A stretch of DNA of 64,000 bases from Promethearchaeota archaeon. GTDB lineage: Archaea; Asgardarchaeota; Lokiarchaeia; Sigyniarchaeales; SOKP01. The notes under the pieces are model-generated. The model was given only the letters and a program-made list of their open reading frames with translations. It did not search any database and was not told where the DNA came from. The translations under genes and the position numbers were made by a program. The DNA lies in assembly GCA_016840085.1 (NCBI GenBank), contig JAEOTA010000064.1, positions 1 through 64,000 on the forward strand. Reading direction: 5' to 3'. Positions 10,245 through 19,993 of this stretch are shown one piece after another (positions within the stretch are counted from its first letter, which is position 1; every line of letters begins with the position of its first letter).

Positions 10245-10503
10245 TTGTTTTGTTATTTTTATTTTTGCTGTTTGAATTTATAATTAATTTGTATTTTTTT
10301 TATTGATCTATTATTTAAATTTTTATCTTAAAGATAATATATGAATTGATGTTTATAAATTAATTCTATAATCTCTATAAGAATTTATTTAAATTGAATA
10401 AGAAAAATAGAGTATTAAATCAAGTAAAATTTTTTTCAATATATTAATTATATAATACATAATCCTAATAATGAAATAGAAATAATGAAAGTGGCACTTA
10501 ATA

Positions 10504-10890
10504 ATGACTAGGGATAATGAGGAACAATCAGTAGGAAGACCAGAGCCAGAATTTAAATTTGGTATTGGAACGGTAATTTGGATTATAATTGGTTTTGTAG
10601 TGTCTTGGGTAAATATGTTAATAATCTTGGATTCAATGCAAATTTGGTCTTATTTATCAATTATCTTTACTTCAATAATTCCCTGTGTGATTATTGCATT
10701 GAAAGACCGATTTTGGGGGTATGGGTATATATTCGGATTTGCGATTGCAGGAATCCCATTTTTGATTATTGTTGATTTATTTATAGGGGGGTATGTTTTT
10801 GCAACCAGTTCATTTATTTTTACAATTCTATGGTTAATTTTTTGGAAAGGGTGGAGATCTTTATCATCAATTAGACGAGTTGAATCATAA
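10504..10890 (+). CDS. Small multi-pass membrane protein
   Basis: 128 aa with about 4 hydrophobic segments. Confidence 0.75.
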   Translation: MTRDNEEQSVGRPEPEFKFGIGTVIWIIIGFVVSWVNMLIILDSMQIWSYLSIIFTSIIPCVIIALKDRFWGYGYIFGFAIAGIPFLIIVDLFIGGYVFATSSFIFTILWLIFWKGWRSLSSIRRVES

Positions 10891-10909
10891 AAAGAATTGT
10901 ATTGATTAA

Positions 10910-11116
10910 TTACATTAAAACTAGTTGCTTGCATTTAACACATAATTTTCTCTCATCTCTTGCCTTTTTGGCACACTCCATACAATATCTTGTTTTACAA
11001 GCAGGACAAGTGTAGATTTCACCTTGAATCTCACCTTTATGGAAAAGGCAAAAATTTTCCTTAATTTCAATAGAAGGAGGGAGTACTGGTGGAGGAGGTA
11101 CTTTTTTCTCGTTCAT
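10910..11116 (-). CDS. Small RING-like zinc-finger protein with poly-Pro N-terminus
   Basis: CxxH...CxxC.CxxC...CxxC in 68 aa; N-terminal VPPPPVLPP. Confidence 0.7.
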   Translation of the reverse strand: MNEKKVPPPPVLPPSIEIKENFCLFHKGEIQGEIYTCPACKTRYCMECAKKARDERKLCVKCKQLVLM

Positions 11117-11153
11117 TTAATCACTGTATTAATAATAGAGAAACCAACCATTT

Positions 11154-11624
11154 TTAAGCTAGGGATGCAATATTTTCAATATTTACATTGATTACTTTCG
11201 CAACAGCCATAAATTTTTCTTTTATATTTTCAATAGAGAGATTACCACTATCTATAATATCACCATTCAAATAAGTTTCATAAAAGCATTTTTCCATTTC
11301 ATAACATAAACCTGTTGTATGCAATATATCCTTACTTAAATTAAGCTCATTTAATACATTTGAAATGCCTTTAACCAGATCAGGTGAGAATTCTTTTAAT
11401 TTTATGAGTATCTTTTTAATATTTTTATTTTGGGTTGGAAAGCAGCTAATCTTAACAACATCTTCTCTGGAAATGAAAATCAGTAAGTAGAAAGGAGATT
11501 CCTGAATTTCTTCCTTAATTTCAGAAGGAAAAATGGGATTCGCGTTCAATTCATCATTATTAATTATCAAACCTATGGAAATTCTATTTTTTTGGACAGA
11601 ATTATTAGTTTCCATAATCATCAA
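11154..11624 (-). CDS. Hypothetical protein
   Basis: 156-aa ORF co-oriented with the zinc-finger gene; no family recognised. Confidence 0.7.
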   Translation of the reverse strand: MMIMETNNSVQKNRISIGLIINNDELNANPIFPSEIKEEIQESPFYLLIFISREDVVKISCFPTQNKNIKKILIKLKEFSPDLVKGISNVLNELNLSKDILHTTGLCYEMEKCFYETYLNGDIIDSGNLSIENIKEKFMAVAKVINVNIENIASLA

Positions 11625-11849
11625 ACACTCTTGGATAATAGAAAGTAATACTTAAGTAAAATTATATTAATTTTTATTATTGTTTATTTTTATTTTTTTA
11701 CAAATTTTAAATAGTTTACTTTTAACCAGATATTAAATTATTCTAATTTTTATGAATTATTTTAGATATGAATCTAATATTACTAAGATATTATTTATAT
11801 TTTATACATTAATCAATTTTTCTCTATTTAAGCATGTATTTAAAGTATT

Positions 11850-12380
11850 ATGATTTTAAGTTTTTATTTTATAAAATTAAGAATAATGTATCATAATCAG
11901 ATCAACAGAAAAAATAATAATTTTGGATTTACTTTGGATAAGGTTAATTCTCAAGAATGTAGATTTCATGCAATTTATTTCTTAGACTATGAGACAGGAG
12001 CTTTACTTGTCAGCAACAGATATTCAGATAATCTGAGTTTTTTGAAAGATGACTTAATATGTAGTTTTCTAAATGCTATTAATTTGTTTATTAACGAATT
12101 AAATGAAGGTGTTAATGAAGAACTTCAAGAGATAAATTTTAAAGATACAAGAATACTGTATGAGAGAGAAGGTCGTCTCTTGGTTATTGCCGTTACTAAA
12201 AAGACTAATCTTCAAATAGAGAGAGGTATTGTAAGAGAAATATTAGAAGATTTTTATATTAGATTTAAAAAGCATATAAATAATTTTAATGGGGCAATAG
12301 ATCCACTCATTTTAAATTATAAAAAAAGACTAGAAGGAATGAATTTGAATTCATTATTCAAATTTAATATTAGATTATAA
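11850..12380 (+). CDS. Longin/roadblock-like domain protein (likely start ATG 11886)
   Basis: AIYFLDYETGALL, DLICSFLNAINLFINEL, LQEINF pattern typical of Asgard longin-type domains. Confidence 0.65.
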   Translation: MILSFYFIKLRIMYHNQINRKNNNFGFTLDKVNSQECRFHAIYFLDYETGALLVSNRYSDNLSFLKDDLICSFLNAINLFINELNEGVNEELQEINFKDTRILYEREGRLLVIAVTKKTNLQIERGIVREILEDFYIRFKKHINNFNGAIDPLILNYKKRLEGMNLNSLFKFNIRL

Positions 12381-12390
12381 TAGTTAGAGA

Positions 12391-13425
12391 TTAATCCTCT
12401 TTGGGATCATCTTTTTTAATTTTTTTAACTTTAGATTCAAATTTTTTCACGATTTGCTTAGCATCAGATTTAATTTCGTCAATTTCGCGTTGTTCCTCAA
12501 TTTCTTTTGCTTGTTTTTCAATCGTACTGAGGACTTTTTTTTTAGCATTTTCAAGGTCTGGATGGATCTTCTTCCGTTGTTCATCTAACTCTCTTCGTCT
12601 ATCTATCATAAATGCTTTCTCGCCTATTGATTTCTCAATCTGTTTTGCCGGACTTTCAAGATCTGGACGTATTTCTTTCCGTTGTTCATCTAACTCTCTT
12701 CGTTTTTCTATCATAAATGCTTTTTCGCCAATTGATTTCTCAATCTGTTTTGCCGGACTTTCAAGATCTGGACGTATCTCTTTCCGTTGTTCATCTAACT
12801 CTCTTCGTTTATCTATCATAAATGCTTTCTCGCCAATTGATTTCTCAATTTGTTTTGCCGGACTTTCAAGATCTGGGTGAATAACTTTCCGTTGTTCATC
12901 TAACTCTCTTCGTTTATCTATCATAAATGCTTTTTCGCCAATTGATTTATTTATAGCTTCACTTTTTTTCTCTATATCCAGATGAATATCTTTAAATTTA
13001 TCTTTTTCACGACTAATTAAAAATGCCTTTTCACCAACAGATTTCTCGATTTTTTCAGCAGCACCTTTGATGTCAGGACGAATTTTTGCACGTTGAGTAG
13101 CACTCTCTTTTTGTCGATCAATCATAAATGCTTTTTCTCCAACAGATTTCTCGATTTTTTCAGCTGTCCCCTCTATATCAGGTTTTAACTCTTTTAACTG
13201 AGCATCAGTATCTTTCTTTCTATCAATCATAAAAGCCTTTTCTTCAATTAAATTAGAAATTTGTGCTTTTCCTTCCTTAAATGACTTCTTTCTTTCGGTT
13301 TCTGTATTTTTTAGATAAATATCTTTTTCTTCTTTTTCTTTTTTGTAAAGATCATTTACAAGTTTCTTTTGTTTCTCTATTTCTTCACTTTTTAAAGGTT
13401 TTTCATTCTTACCCACTATTCTCAC
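12391..13425 (-). CDS. Charged tandem-repeat (35-aa) helical protein
   Basis: Seven EKAF(M/L)I-containing repeats, K/E-rich; GTG start. Confidence 0.8.
   Translation of the reverse strand: MRIVGKNEKPLKSEEIEKQKKLVNDLYKKEKEEKDIYLKNTETERKKSFKEGKAQISNLIEEKAFMIDRKKDTDAQLKELKPDIEGTAEKIEKSVGEKAFMIDRQKESATQRAKIRPDIKGAAEKIEKSVGEKAFLISREKDKFKDIHLDIEKKSEAINKSIGEKAFMIDKRRELDEQRKVIHPDLESPAKQIEKSIGEKAFMIDKRRELDEQRKEIRPDLESPAKQIEKSIGEKAFMIEKRRELDEQRKEIRPDLESPAKQIEKSIGEKAFMIDRRRELDEQRKKIHPDLENAKKKVLSTIEKQAKEIEEQREIDEIKSDAKQIVKKFESKVKKIKKDDPKED
12551..12945. repeat. 105-bp tandem repeat (about 4 near-identical copies; more diverged copies to about 13245)
   Basis: CTATCATAAATGC recurs with 105-bp period near 12601, 12706, 12811 and 12916. 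Confidence 0.9.
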
Positions 13426-13559
13426 TTTCAGAAGAGTAATAACACTTTTTGTAATTATAATAGTAGATTTATTATTTAATTATTTTGAGATTTAAATTTA
13501 AATTAAGTTTTGAGATAATGGACATATAAACATATTCAATACAGATTTTTCACTCTTAT

Positions 13560-14309
13560 CTATTTTATAGGAATAGGCTCAATGGAATCATCTTGAATGT
13601 GGTTCATAAGGCTTAAGACTGTTAATTGCATCGTAAGCATCTCCTCTACTTCCAAAAGTAATTTATTATATTTCTCTGAATCCTTTATTATGTTATATTT
13701 TGAAATTAATTTATCAAATTCGTATCTTAAATTTACTTTCAATTTCTCTTGGTGATCTAAGTTGAGTTCTTGAGATTTAAACCACTTATCTATTTCGGTT
13801 TTAAGTTGAATTTCATTATTGTTAGCTAAATCGTAAGAAACTTCCACTTCTTTATGGTAATTTAATTTATTAAGATTATTTTGATCATGATACATTGGTT
13901 TAAGTAGTAGGCAAAGATTTGTAACTAAAGGTTGGAGTTCGAGTTTTTCAAGAGATTCTGCTAATAAATTTAAAACTTGTTCCTTCTGGTCAATTTTGAC
14001 ATAGTTTATATACTCTTGGATAAAATGCATAATTGCGTTTTTTATTAATAGTTCCTCAAAGTCATAAATTGAATCTAATGTTAATTCTAAAGCATTATTG
14101 ATGCAGTCATATAACGAGCTCATAAAAGGTATATTGTCATTAAACATGGAAAATTTGTTAATAAAGCCTAAAATATCTCCTAAAATTTCAAGTTTGTTCT
14201 CATCAGGCTCAGTTTTAAAGTATAGATTAATGGTTTGTTCTAAATCATAATTTTCATCAGGGATAGATAAAAACTCCTTTATTTCCGAAAAAACTGAACT
14301 TAAATTCAC
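13560..14309 (-). CDS. Hypothetical helical protein
   Basis: 249-aa ORF, no recognised motif. Confidence 0.7.
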   Translation of the reverse strand: MNLSSVFSEIKEFLSIPDENYDLEQTINLYFKTEPDENKLEILGDILGFINKFSMFNDNIPFMSSLYDCINNALELTLDSIYDFEELLIKNAIMHFIQEYINYVKIDQKEQVLNLLAESLEKLELQPLVTNLCLLLKPMYHDQNNLNKLNYHKEVEVSYDLANNNEIQLKTEIDKWFKSQELNLDHQEKLKVNLRYEFDKLISKYNIIKDSEKYNKLLLEVEEMLTMQLTVLSLMNHIQDDSIEPIPIK

Positions 14310-14378
14310 AATAATTTTATTCGTTTATATTCTTTAAAAAAATTTATTTATTTTAAGATTGAAAGAAAAAATTTAGTT

Positions 14379-15725
14379 TTAAAATGCTGTTGTTATTAAT
14401 GCCGTAGTGCCATGTTTTTGAGCTTCTTGAAGATATTTCATTGCTTCTTCAAATGACAAAGGTGTTATATCGATAGCTGACATACCTGCTAATTTAAGCT
14501 CGGCAGTAACAGTTTCAGCTAGATTATTACAATCTCCTGAAAAAAATACATTCCTGCGACCGAATTCTTTTCTAAGTTGTTTCCCAACTTCGTCTATTGC
14601 GCAATATCCTGCGATTAAACCTTTAGTATATCCTTCTGTTCTCAATTGTTCGATTATATCATCATCATGTCCTTTTCCCATCACTATAAACCACCCTCCT
14701 TTAAATTTTTCTGGATAATCAAAAGCAAAACTCTGCAATACTGTTAACGGATTGTTAAGACACCCTTCTCTACATATTAACTCTTTACCTTTCACAATTT
14801 TAACATTTTCAGGAAATTTTTGAAGCAAATTCCAATCATATACTTCTTTATATTCTTCCAGATCCTTTCCAATAACTTTAATTTTAGCTAAATCACCTTC
14901 TCCAAGACCTCGTTCATATGCTATTCTTAAATGTGGAACCTCATCAAGATTTAGCCCAAATATTCTTGCACCTACGACATCAACAGCTAAAGTATCTCTG
15001 CCACCAATCAAAATATTAAACGGGATTACAGTTTTATTTTCCCATGCAGTAGGAGGGTAATGACCATAGATAGTTCCTTCAGTACCATCTATAAGAGTAA
15101 TATCAGGTTTTATCAATTCATAAACTTCTACTAATTTTGAATGTAAATTGTAATTATGATCTTTTCCACGGTCAGCATGTTGAGGAAAACCCCATTGATT
15201 TTTTATACCTAACGTAACTACTGCCATAGAATGAGTTTTTAGTTTTGGAACATTAATATATGTTATTAAATCTCTGTTTTCCATAATTTCTACAATCGTG
15301 CGTGGTAATCTGAACGTCATCAAATTATATCCTTTAGGGTCTTCTTTCGCTGAAGGTTTACCTTTAAATTCAAATGTTTCTGTATCCTCTTCATCCAAAT
15401 ATATAATTTTTGCTCCCGTTTTTTCACACACTTCTGTATAACCATTAATAGCAAAAACAATCCTAGTGAAATTCGCCTGTGTGGAATTTTCCATTACATA
15501 AACTTTTGCTCCTTTCTTTTTTAAATAAAGAATAACAGCTTCTAAAACTTCTGGTGACGTGTATGTATGTTTCTTAAAATCAATACCATTAATTTTGATA
15601 TATGCTTCTTTTGATTTTTTGAGTATGGATTGTCCACTATTTTCGATCTGATCGAAAATTTTGTTTACAGCTGATTTAATCCCTTGATTTGTATCTTCAA
15701 TATAAACTTCAGTCATATTTATCAC
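14379..15725 (-). CDS. DUF362 family (putative Fe-S) protein
   Basis: YTSPEVLEAVI, INVPKLKTH, TLGIKNQWG, PDITLIDG, DTLAVD; C-terminal Cys residues. Confidence 0.8.
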   Translation of the reverse strand: MINMTEVYIEDTNQGIKSAVNKIFDQIENSGQSILKKSKEAYIKINGIDFKKHTYTSPEVLEAVILYLKKKGAKVYVMENSTQANFTRIVFAINGYTEVCEKTGAKIIYLDEEDTETFEFKGKPSAKEDPKGYNLMTFRLPRTIVEIMENRDLITYINVPKLKTHSMAVVTLGIKNQWGFPQHADRGKDHNYNLHSKLVEVYELIKPDITLIDGTEGTIYGHYPPTAWENKTVIPFNILIGGRDTLAVDVVGARIFGLNLDEVPHLRIAYERGLGEGDLAKIKVIGKDLEEYKEVYDWNLLQKFPENVKIVKGKELICREGCLNNPLTVLQSFAFDYPEKFKGGWFIVMGKGHDDDIIEQLRTEGYTKGLIAGYCAIDEVGKQLRKEFGRRNVFFSGDCNNLAETVTAELKLAGMSAIDITPLSFEEAMKYLQEAQKHGTTALITTAF

Positions 15726-15827
15726 ATTTTCTTATAATATTGACTTAAGCTCTATTATTTATATTAATTTCCTTGAAATGAAGAAATATGAATATAAAGG
15801 GAAATAATTAAACATAAGGAAGAATGA

Positions 15828-15864
15828 TATCTGACATATGTCAAATACTCGAAAAGTTTAAATA
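15828..15864 (+). promoter_or_regulatory. Palindromic operator adjacent to BRE/TATA of the PadR-ABC operon
   Basis: Perfect palindrome TGACATATGTCA at 15832-15843, followed by GAAAAGTTTAAATA at 15851-15864. Confidence 0.5.
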
Positions 15865-15929
15865 TGAAAATTCCTTTTTTTTAATAAGTATTTTTCTTTA
15901 GTTTTTCAGTTTTCAATGTTGATATAAGT

Positions 15930-16664
15930 ATGGTTAGAAGAAATATAGATCATTTTAGGTTCAGTGAGGATTTTCAGAAATTTAAGGGAGAAAATCCCCA
16001 TGAGCATCGTCAGCCTCCACATCCGTCTCCAATTGGAGGGATATCACCTTTTGGACCAATGCTACCATTTCAAGGTCCACACTTTAAATTTCCAATACCG
16101 ATGGGTCGAGAATTTTTTCGAGAAATAAGGGATTATATGATTTTACTAATAATTGCAGAGTATCCAGAGGGTATAACTGGGTATCAATTACAGGAAAAAT
16201 ATAACTTTCCAAGAGGTACGCTTGTAAAAACACTACAGGATTTAGAAAGTAAAGGTTATTTAGACACTAAAGAGGAAATTATAGACGGACGGGCAAATAA
16301 ATTCTATATAGTAACAGACGAAGGGAAGAAATTTTTAGAAGAATTGAAATTGAAATGGGCAAACATTTTTGGTAAGATGGCAGAAATAAATCCTCTTGAG
16401 GGATTAAAAACAATGGTATTCGCAAAAATAAATGAATTTGAGTCATTAGATGATGCTATAGATTTTTTTAGGGGTATAAGATCGTGGATGAAAGGAATGC
16501 TCCAACGTATTGAGAGTAGAATAGAAAAATTTAAAAGATCTAGGGAGGATTTAGACGAATTAATTGAGGACATTGATAAAATGGATCATTTAGACAAAGA
16601 GAAGATTAAAGAAATAGTTAATGAATCAATTAAAAAAATGGAAGAGGAACATAAAAATGAATAA
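15930..16664 (+). CDS. PadR-family transcriptional regulator
   Basis: wHTH TGYQL...RGTL..LQDLESKGYL...KFYIVTDEGK; C-terminal coiled coil. Confidence 0.85.
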   Translation: MVRRNIDHFRFSEDFQKFKGENPHEHRQPPHPSPIGGISPFGPMLPFQGPHFKFPIPMGREFFREIRDYMILLIIAEYPEGITGYQLQEKYNFPRGTLVKTLQDLESKGYLDTKEEIIDGRANKFYIVTDEGKKFLEELKLKWANIFGKMAEINPLEGLKTMVFAKINEFESLDDAIDFFRGIRSWMKGMLQRIESRIEKFKRSREDLDELIEDIDKMDHLDKEKIKEIVNESIKKMEEEHKNE

Positions 16665-17679
16665 GAAAAATCAAGAAATTTTAATACAATTTAAAAACCT
16701 AACCAAGAAATTTGGAAATTTTTATGCAGTAAAAGATGTTAATTTAGAAATAAGAAAAGGTGAAATCGTAGGTTTCCTTGGCCCAAATGGTGCTGGAAAA
16801 ACTACTACAATGAAAATGATGGCGTATTTATTAAAACCTAATGAAGGTGAAGTATGGATACGAGCTAACGGCGATCTTCAGAAATTAACAAGGAGGAATA
16901 AGGATTTTCTCTTAGATAATATTGGATTCCTTATAGAAATTCCTGCTTTTTATGGAAAAGTAACTCCTAAGCAAATTTTGAAATACTTTGCAAAATTGAA
17001 GGGCTATCCACGTAAAAAGCTTAATGAGAGGATTGACACTGTTCTAAAAATGGTTGGAATGTTAGAATGGAAAGACAAAAAGATTGGGACTTTTTCTAAA
17101 GGAATGCGACAAAGAATTGGTATAGTTTCCGCAATTGTTCACGATCCAGACATAGTTGTCTTAGATGAGCCTCAAACAGGTTTAGATCCAACAGCAAGGA
17201 AAGAAGTTCGAGATTTCATTTTGAACTTAAAGAGAATGGGAAAAACTGTGTTTCTTAGCAGTCATTTACTATATGAAATCAGTGAAGTGGCGGATAGAAT
17301 TGCAATAATTCATCATGGACAAATAATCGCTTTTGACACATTAGATAACTTAGAAGGAAAAGCAATGAAAAGTGTCATCCATTTTGAGTTGTTAAATCCT
17401 CCAGATGACAATATAGACGAGTTTATTAAGCGATTAAAAACAATAATTGTTCCATTAACAGGGATAGCAGAAGAAGAAAGTTGGATTAAATATGATAACG
17501 ATTCTAAGATTTTCCAAGTTTTTTTTAATGGAAATCCTAAGAATCAAACTGAAATTCTAAGAAATCTTCTTGATAATGATTATGAGATCTTAGAATATTC
17601 GGTACCAAAAGCCGGGCTTCTTGAGAGTTTATTTATTGAACTAACTAGAAAAAATGAAATAGGAGGTGTCTATAAATAA
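16657..17679 (+). CDS. ABC-2 type exporter ATP-binding subunit
   Basis: GPNGAGKTT, FSKGMRQR, LDEP, SSH; ATG 16657 overlaps the padR end. Confidence 0.92.
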   Translation: MNKKNQEILIQFKNLTKKFGNFYAVKDVNLEIRKGEIVGFLGPNGAGKTTTMKMMAYLLKPNEGEVWIRANGDLQKLTRRNKDFLLDNIGFLIEIPAFYGKVTPKQILKYFAKLKGYPRKKLNERIDTVLKMVGMLEWKDKKIGTFSKGMRQRIGIVSAIVHDPDIVVLDEPQTGLDPTARKEVRDFILNLKRMGKTVFLSSHLLYEISEVADRIAIIHHGQIIAFDTLDNLEGKAMKSVIHFELLNPPDDNIDEFIKRLKTIIVPLTGIAEEESWIKYDNDSKIFQVFFNGNPKNQTEILRNLLDNDYEILEYSVPKAGLLESLFIELTRKNEIGGVYK

Positions 17680-18584
17680 TGACATTAGAAAGCGAACAAA
17701 TTGAAACTGAAATGATGTTAATAGAAAAACAAAAAGCTGGATTAAGGAGAGATTTTACTCAAATTGGGACTACTATAACTTTTGAACTTAAGAAATCTTT
17801 AAAAACTTTTATCTTAATGCTTCTTGTATTTTTAGGAATATTTGTAATTTTCCTATTGGTTCAAGAGTTACAATATGCGCAAGATGTACCATTACCAGAG
17901 GATCCTATTGATTATATTAGTTCATACATGAGTATGTTCGGGTTTATGATTATATTAAGCGCTGCAGGATTTGCTGGGTCAATTATTGCTGAAGATTTTC
18001 ACAGACACACTGGTAATTTAATATTCCCTAAAATAAGCAAAACACGGCTATTAATAGGGAGAGTTATTTCACGATATGCTTTAAATGCGATATCTGTATG
18101 CTTTTATTATATCTTAGTTGCAGCCATTACCTTTATAAAATATGAAGAGATTCCACTTGTTTTATGGGGTTCAATGGGATGGGCACTCTTATACACTTTC
18201 ATGATATTTTCATTTGTAACTCTTATGAGTAGCATAATGAAAAGTACCGCGATAAGCATCATCGTTAGCATACTTTTTATGCTAATTGTATTCAATATGA
18301 TCAGCATGATTCTAAGATTTGCGGGTTTAGAAATTGAACCACTTTTTATACCTACTTATTATGAAGGTATTATTACTGCTAGTATGGCGATGCCTGATCC
18401 TAGATACACAGAGATTAGAATGCCTACAGGCCCAGACCATCAGGGAGATGGAGAATTTGCAACATTTTTACAATGGATTACCCCAACGGTAACTGCTGCA
18501 CTTATAGGAATATTGCTTTTTACAACAATATTTCTAGGGTTAGCATATTTTCTGTATAGACGAAGGCAAAGTAAGAGCGAATAA
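17679..18584 (+). CDS. ABC-2 type exporter permease
   Basis: About 6 TM segments, GSIIAED motif; translationally coupled to the ATPase. Confidence 0.85.
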   Translation: MTLESEQIETEMMLIEKQKAGLRRDFTQIGTTITFELKKSLKTFILMLLVFLGIFVIFLLVQELQYAQDVPLPEDPIDYISSYMSMFGFMIILSAAGFAGSIIAEDFHRHTGNLIFPKISKTRLLIGRVISRYALNAISVCFYYILVAAITFIKYEEIPLVLWGSMGWALLYTFMIFSFVTLMSSIMKSTAISIIVSILFMLIVFNMISMILRFAGLEIEPLFIPTYYEGIITASMAMPDPRYTEIRMPTGPDHQGDGEFATFLQWITPTVTAALIGILLFTTIFLGLAYFLYRRRQSKSE

Positions 18585-18634
18585 ATAATGAATTACATTT
18601 TTTTTAATTTTTTTTCTCTAATAAAAAAATATTT

Positions 18635-19987
18635 TTGGAATTAACAATTTATTTGAACAAGAAAATGACTGAGAATATAATAGAAGTAAAAAACCTGACA
18701 AAGATTTATGAAGATGGTAATGTTCTTGCAGTTGATAATATTAGTTTTTCCATAAAAAAAGGCGAGATACTTGCTTTATTAGGACCTAATGGTGCAGGAA
18801 AAACAACTACGATAAGTATGCTTGCTACATTATTATTCCCTACAAAAGGTGAAGCATATGTAAATAACTTTGATGTTACAAAAGATCCAGATAAAGTAAG
18901 AAAAAGTATCGGAATTGTATTTCAAGAACCCTCTTTAGATGGTGATATGAAAGGATGGGAAAATTTAGAATTACATGCAGTTTTGTATGGAATGTCAAAG
19001 AAGGAAAGACAGCCTAAAATTAAGGAAGTTCTTAAATTGGTGGATCTTGAAGATAAAGCGGATACACTTGTAAACAATTATTCTGGAGGGATGAAAAGGC
19101 GATTGGAAATTGCCCGAGGATTATTACATGAGCCTAGAATCCTATTTTTAGATGAACCAACCTTAGGTTTAGACCCTCAAACTCGTAGAAAGATTTGGGA
19201 AAAGATTAAAGAATTAAATAAGGGTGATTCGAATATTTCCATTTTAATTACTACTCACTATATGGATGAAGCAGACGAACTTGCTAATAGGATTTGCATT
19301 ATGGATCATGGGAAGATAATTGCTATGGATACATCTGAAAATCTTAAAAAACAATTATCTGGAGATGTTATTGATATCCAATTTGAAAATGGTGATGAAA
19401 ACTTTAAAATTCCTCAACTCATAGAACAGATACAAGAAATACCTGGAGTGAAAAATGTTTCATTAGGATCAGGTGTAACTCAAGATATAATGCCAAAAAT
19501 TCAACTCCCAAAGGGGATGCCTAATATTAATCCCGAAATGATAAAAGCACGAATTAGAGAGATATTGTCAGACCCAAAGAAACTAATAATGGCATGGAAG
19601 AAAATGCCAATGGGAGCCCAGATGTTTCTAGATGCTCCCTTAGCAATGAGAAAGAAGATCGCAGATATGTTTGATGACAACCTTTTAGAAGAAGTTCCTG
19701 ATAATATAAAACAAGAGATAATAAAAATAAAGAAAGGAGAATATGAAGAGGAGGAACACGATTCTGAACCATCTATCTCAATTTCCTGCGAGAGTGGAGG
19801 ACAACAACTTCCAAAGATTATTCAAAAAATTAATGATAACAATTTAAGGATAAAAAATGTAAATATGCATCAACCTACCTTAGAAGATGTGTTCCTCCAT
19901 TATGTAGGGAGTACAATACGAGAGGAGTCTTCAAATCATACAAAAGATATCAAACAACTTATACAATTAAGGCAATTAAGGAAGTGA
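18635..19987 (+). CDS. DrrA-like ABC ATP-binding protein with C-terminal insertion (likely start ATG 18665)
   Basis: GPNGAGKTT, YSGGMKRR, LDEPTLGLDP, TTHYMDEA, PTLEDVF. Confidence 0.92.
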   Translation: MELTIYLNKKMTENIIEVKNLTKIYEDGNVLAVDNISFSIKKGEILALLGPNGAGKTTTISMLATLLFPTKGEAYVNNFDVTKDPDKVRKSIGIVFQEPSLDGDMKGWENLELHAVLYGMSKKERQPKIKEVLKLVDLEDKADTLVNNYSGGMKRRLEIARGLLHEPRILFLDEPTLGLDPQTRRKIWEKIKELNKGDSNISILITTHYMDEADELANRICIMDHGKIIAMDTSENLKKQLSGDVIDIQFENGDENFKIPQLIEQIQEIPGVKNVSLGSGVTQDIMPKIQLPKGMPNINPEMIKARIREILSDPKKLIMAWKKMPMGAQMFLDAPLAMRKKIADMFDDNLLEEVPDNIKQEIIKIKKGEYEEEEHDSEPSISISCESGGQQLPKIIQKINDNNLRIKNVNMHQPTLEDVFLHYVGSTIREESSNHTKDIKQLIQLRQLRK

Positions 19988-19993
19988 TCATTT

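Noticed and set aside
12401-12880. Antisense/alternate-frame ORFs (also 1648-1902, 3666-4004, 9282-9743, 20110-20652, 39485-39952, 42127-42414, 49272-49622 and similar)
   Set aside because: Shadows of well-supported genes, with no motifs of their own.
12551-12945. Possible CRISPR array
   Set aside because: Contiguous 105-bp in-frame coding repeats with no unique spacers and no cas genes.
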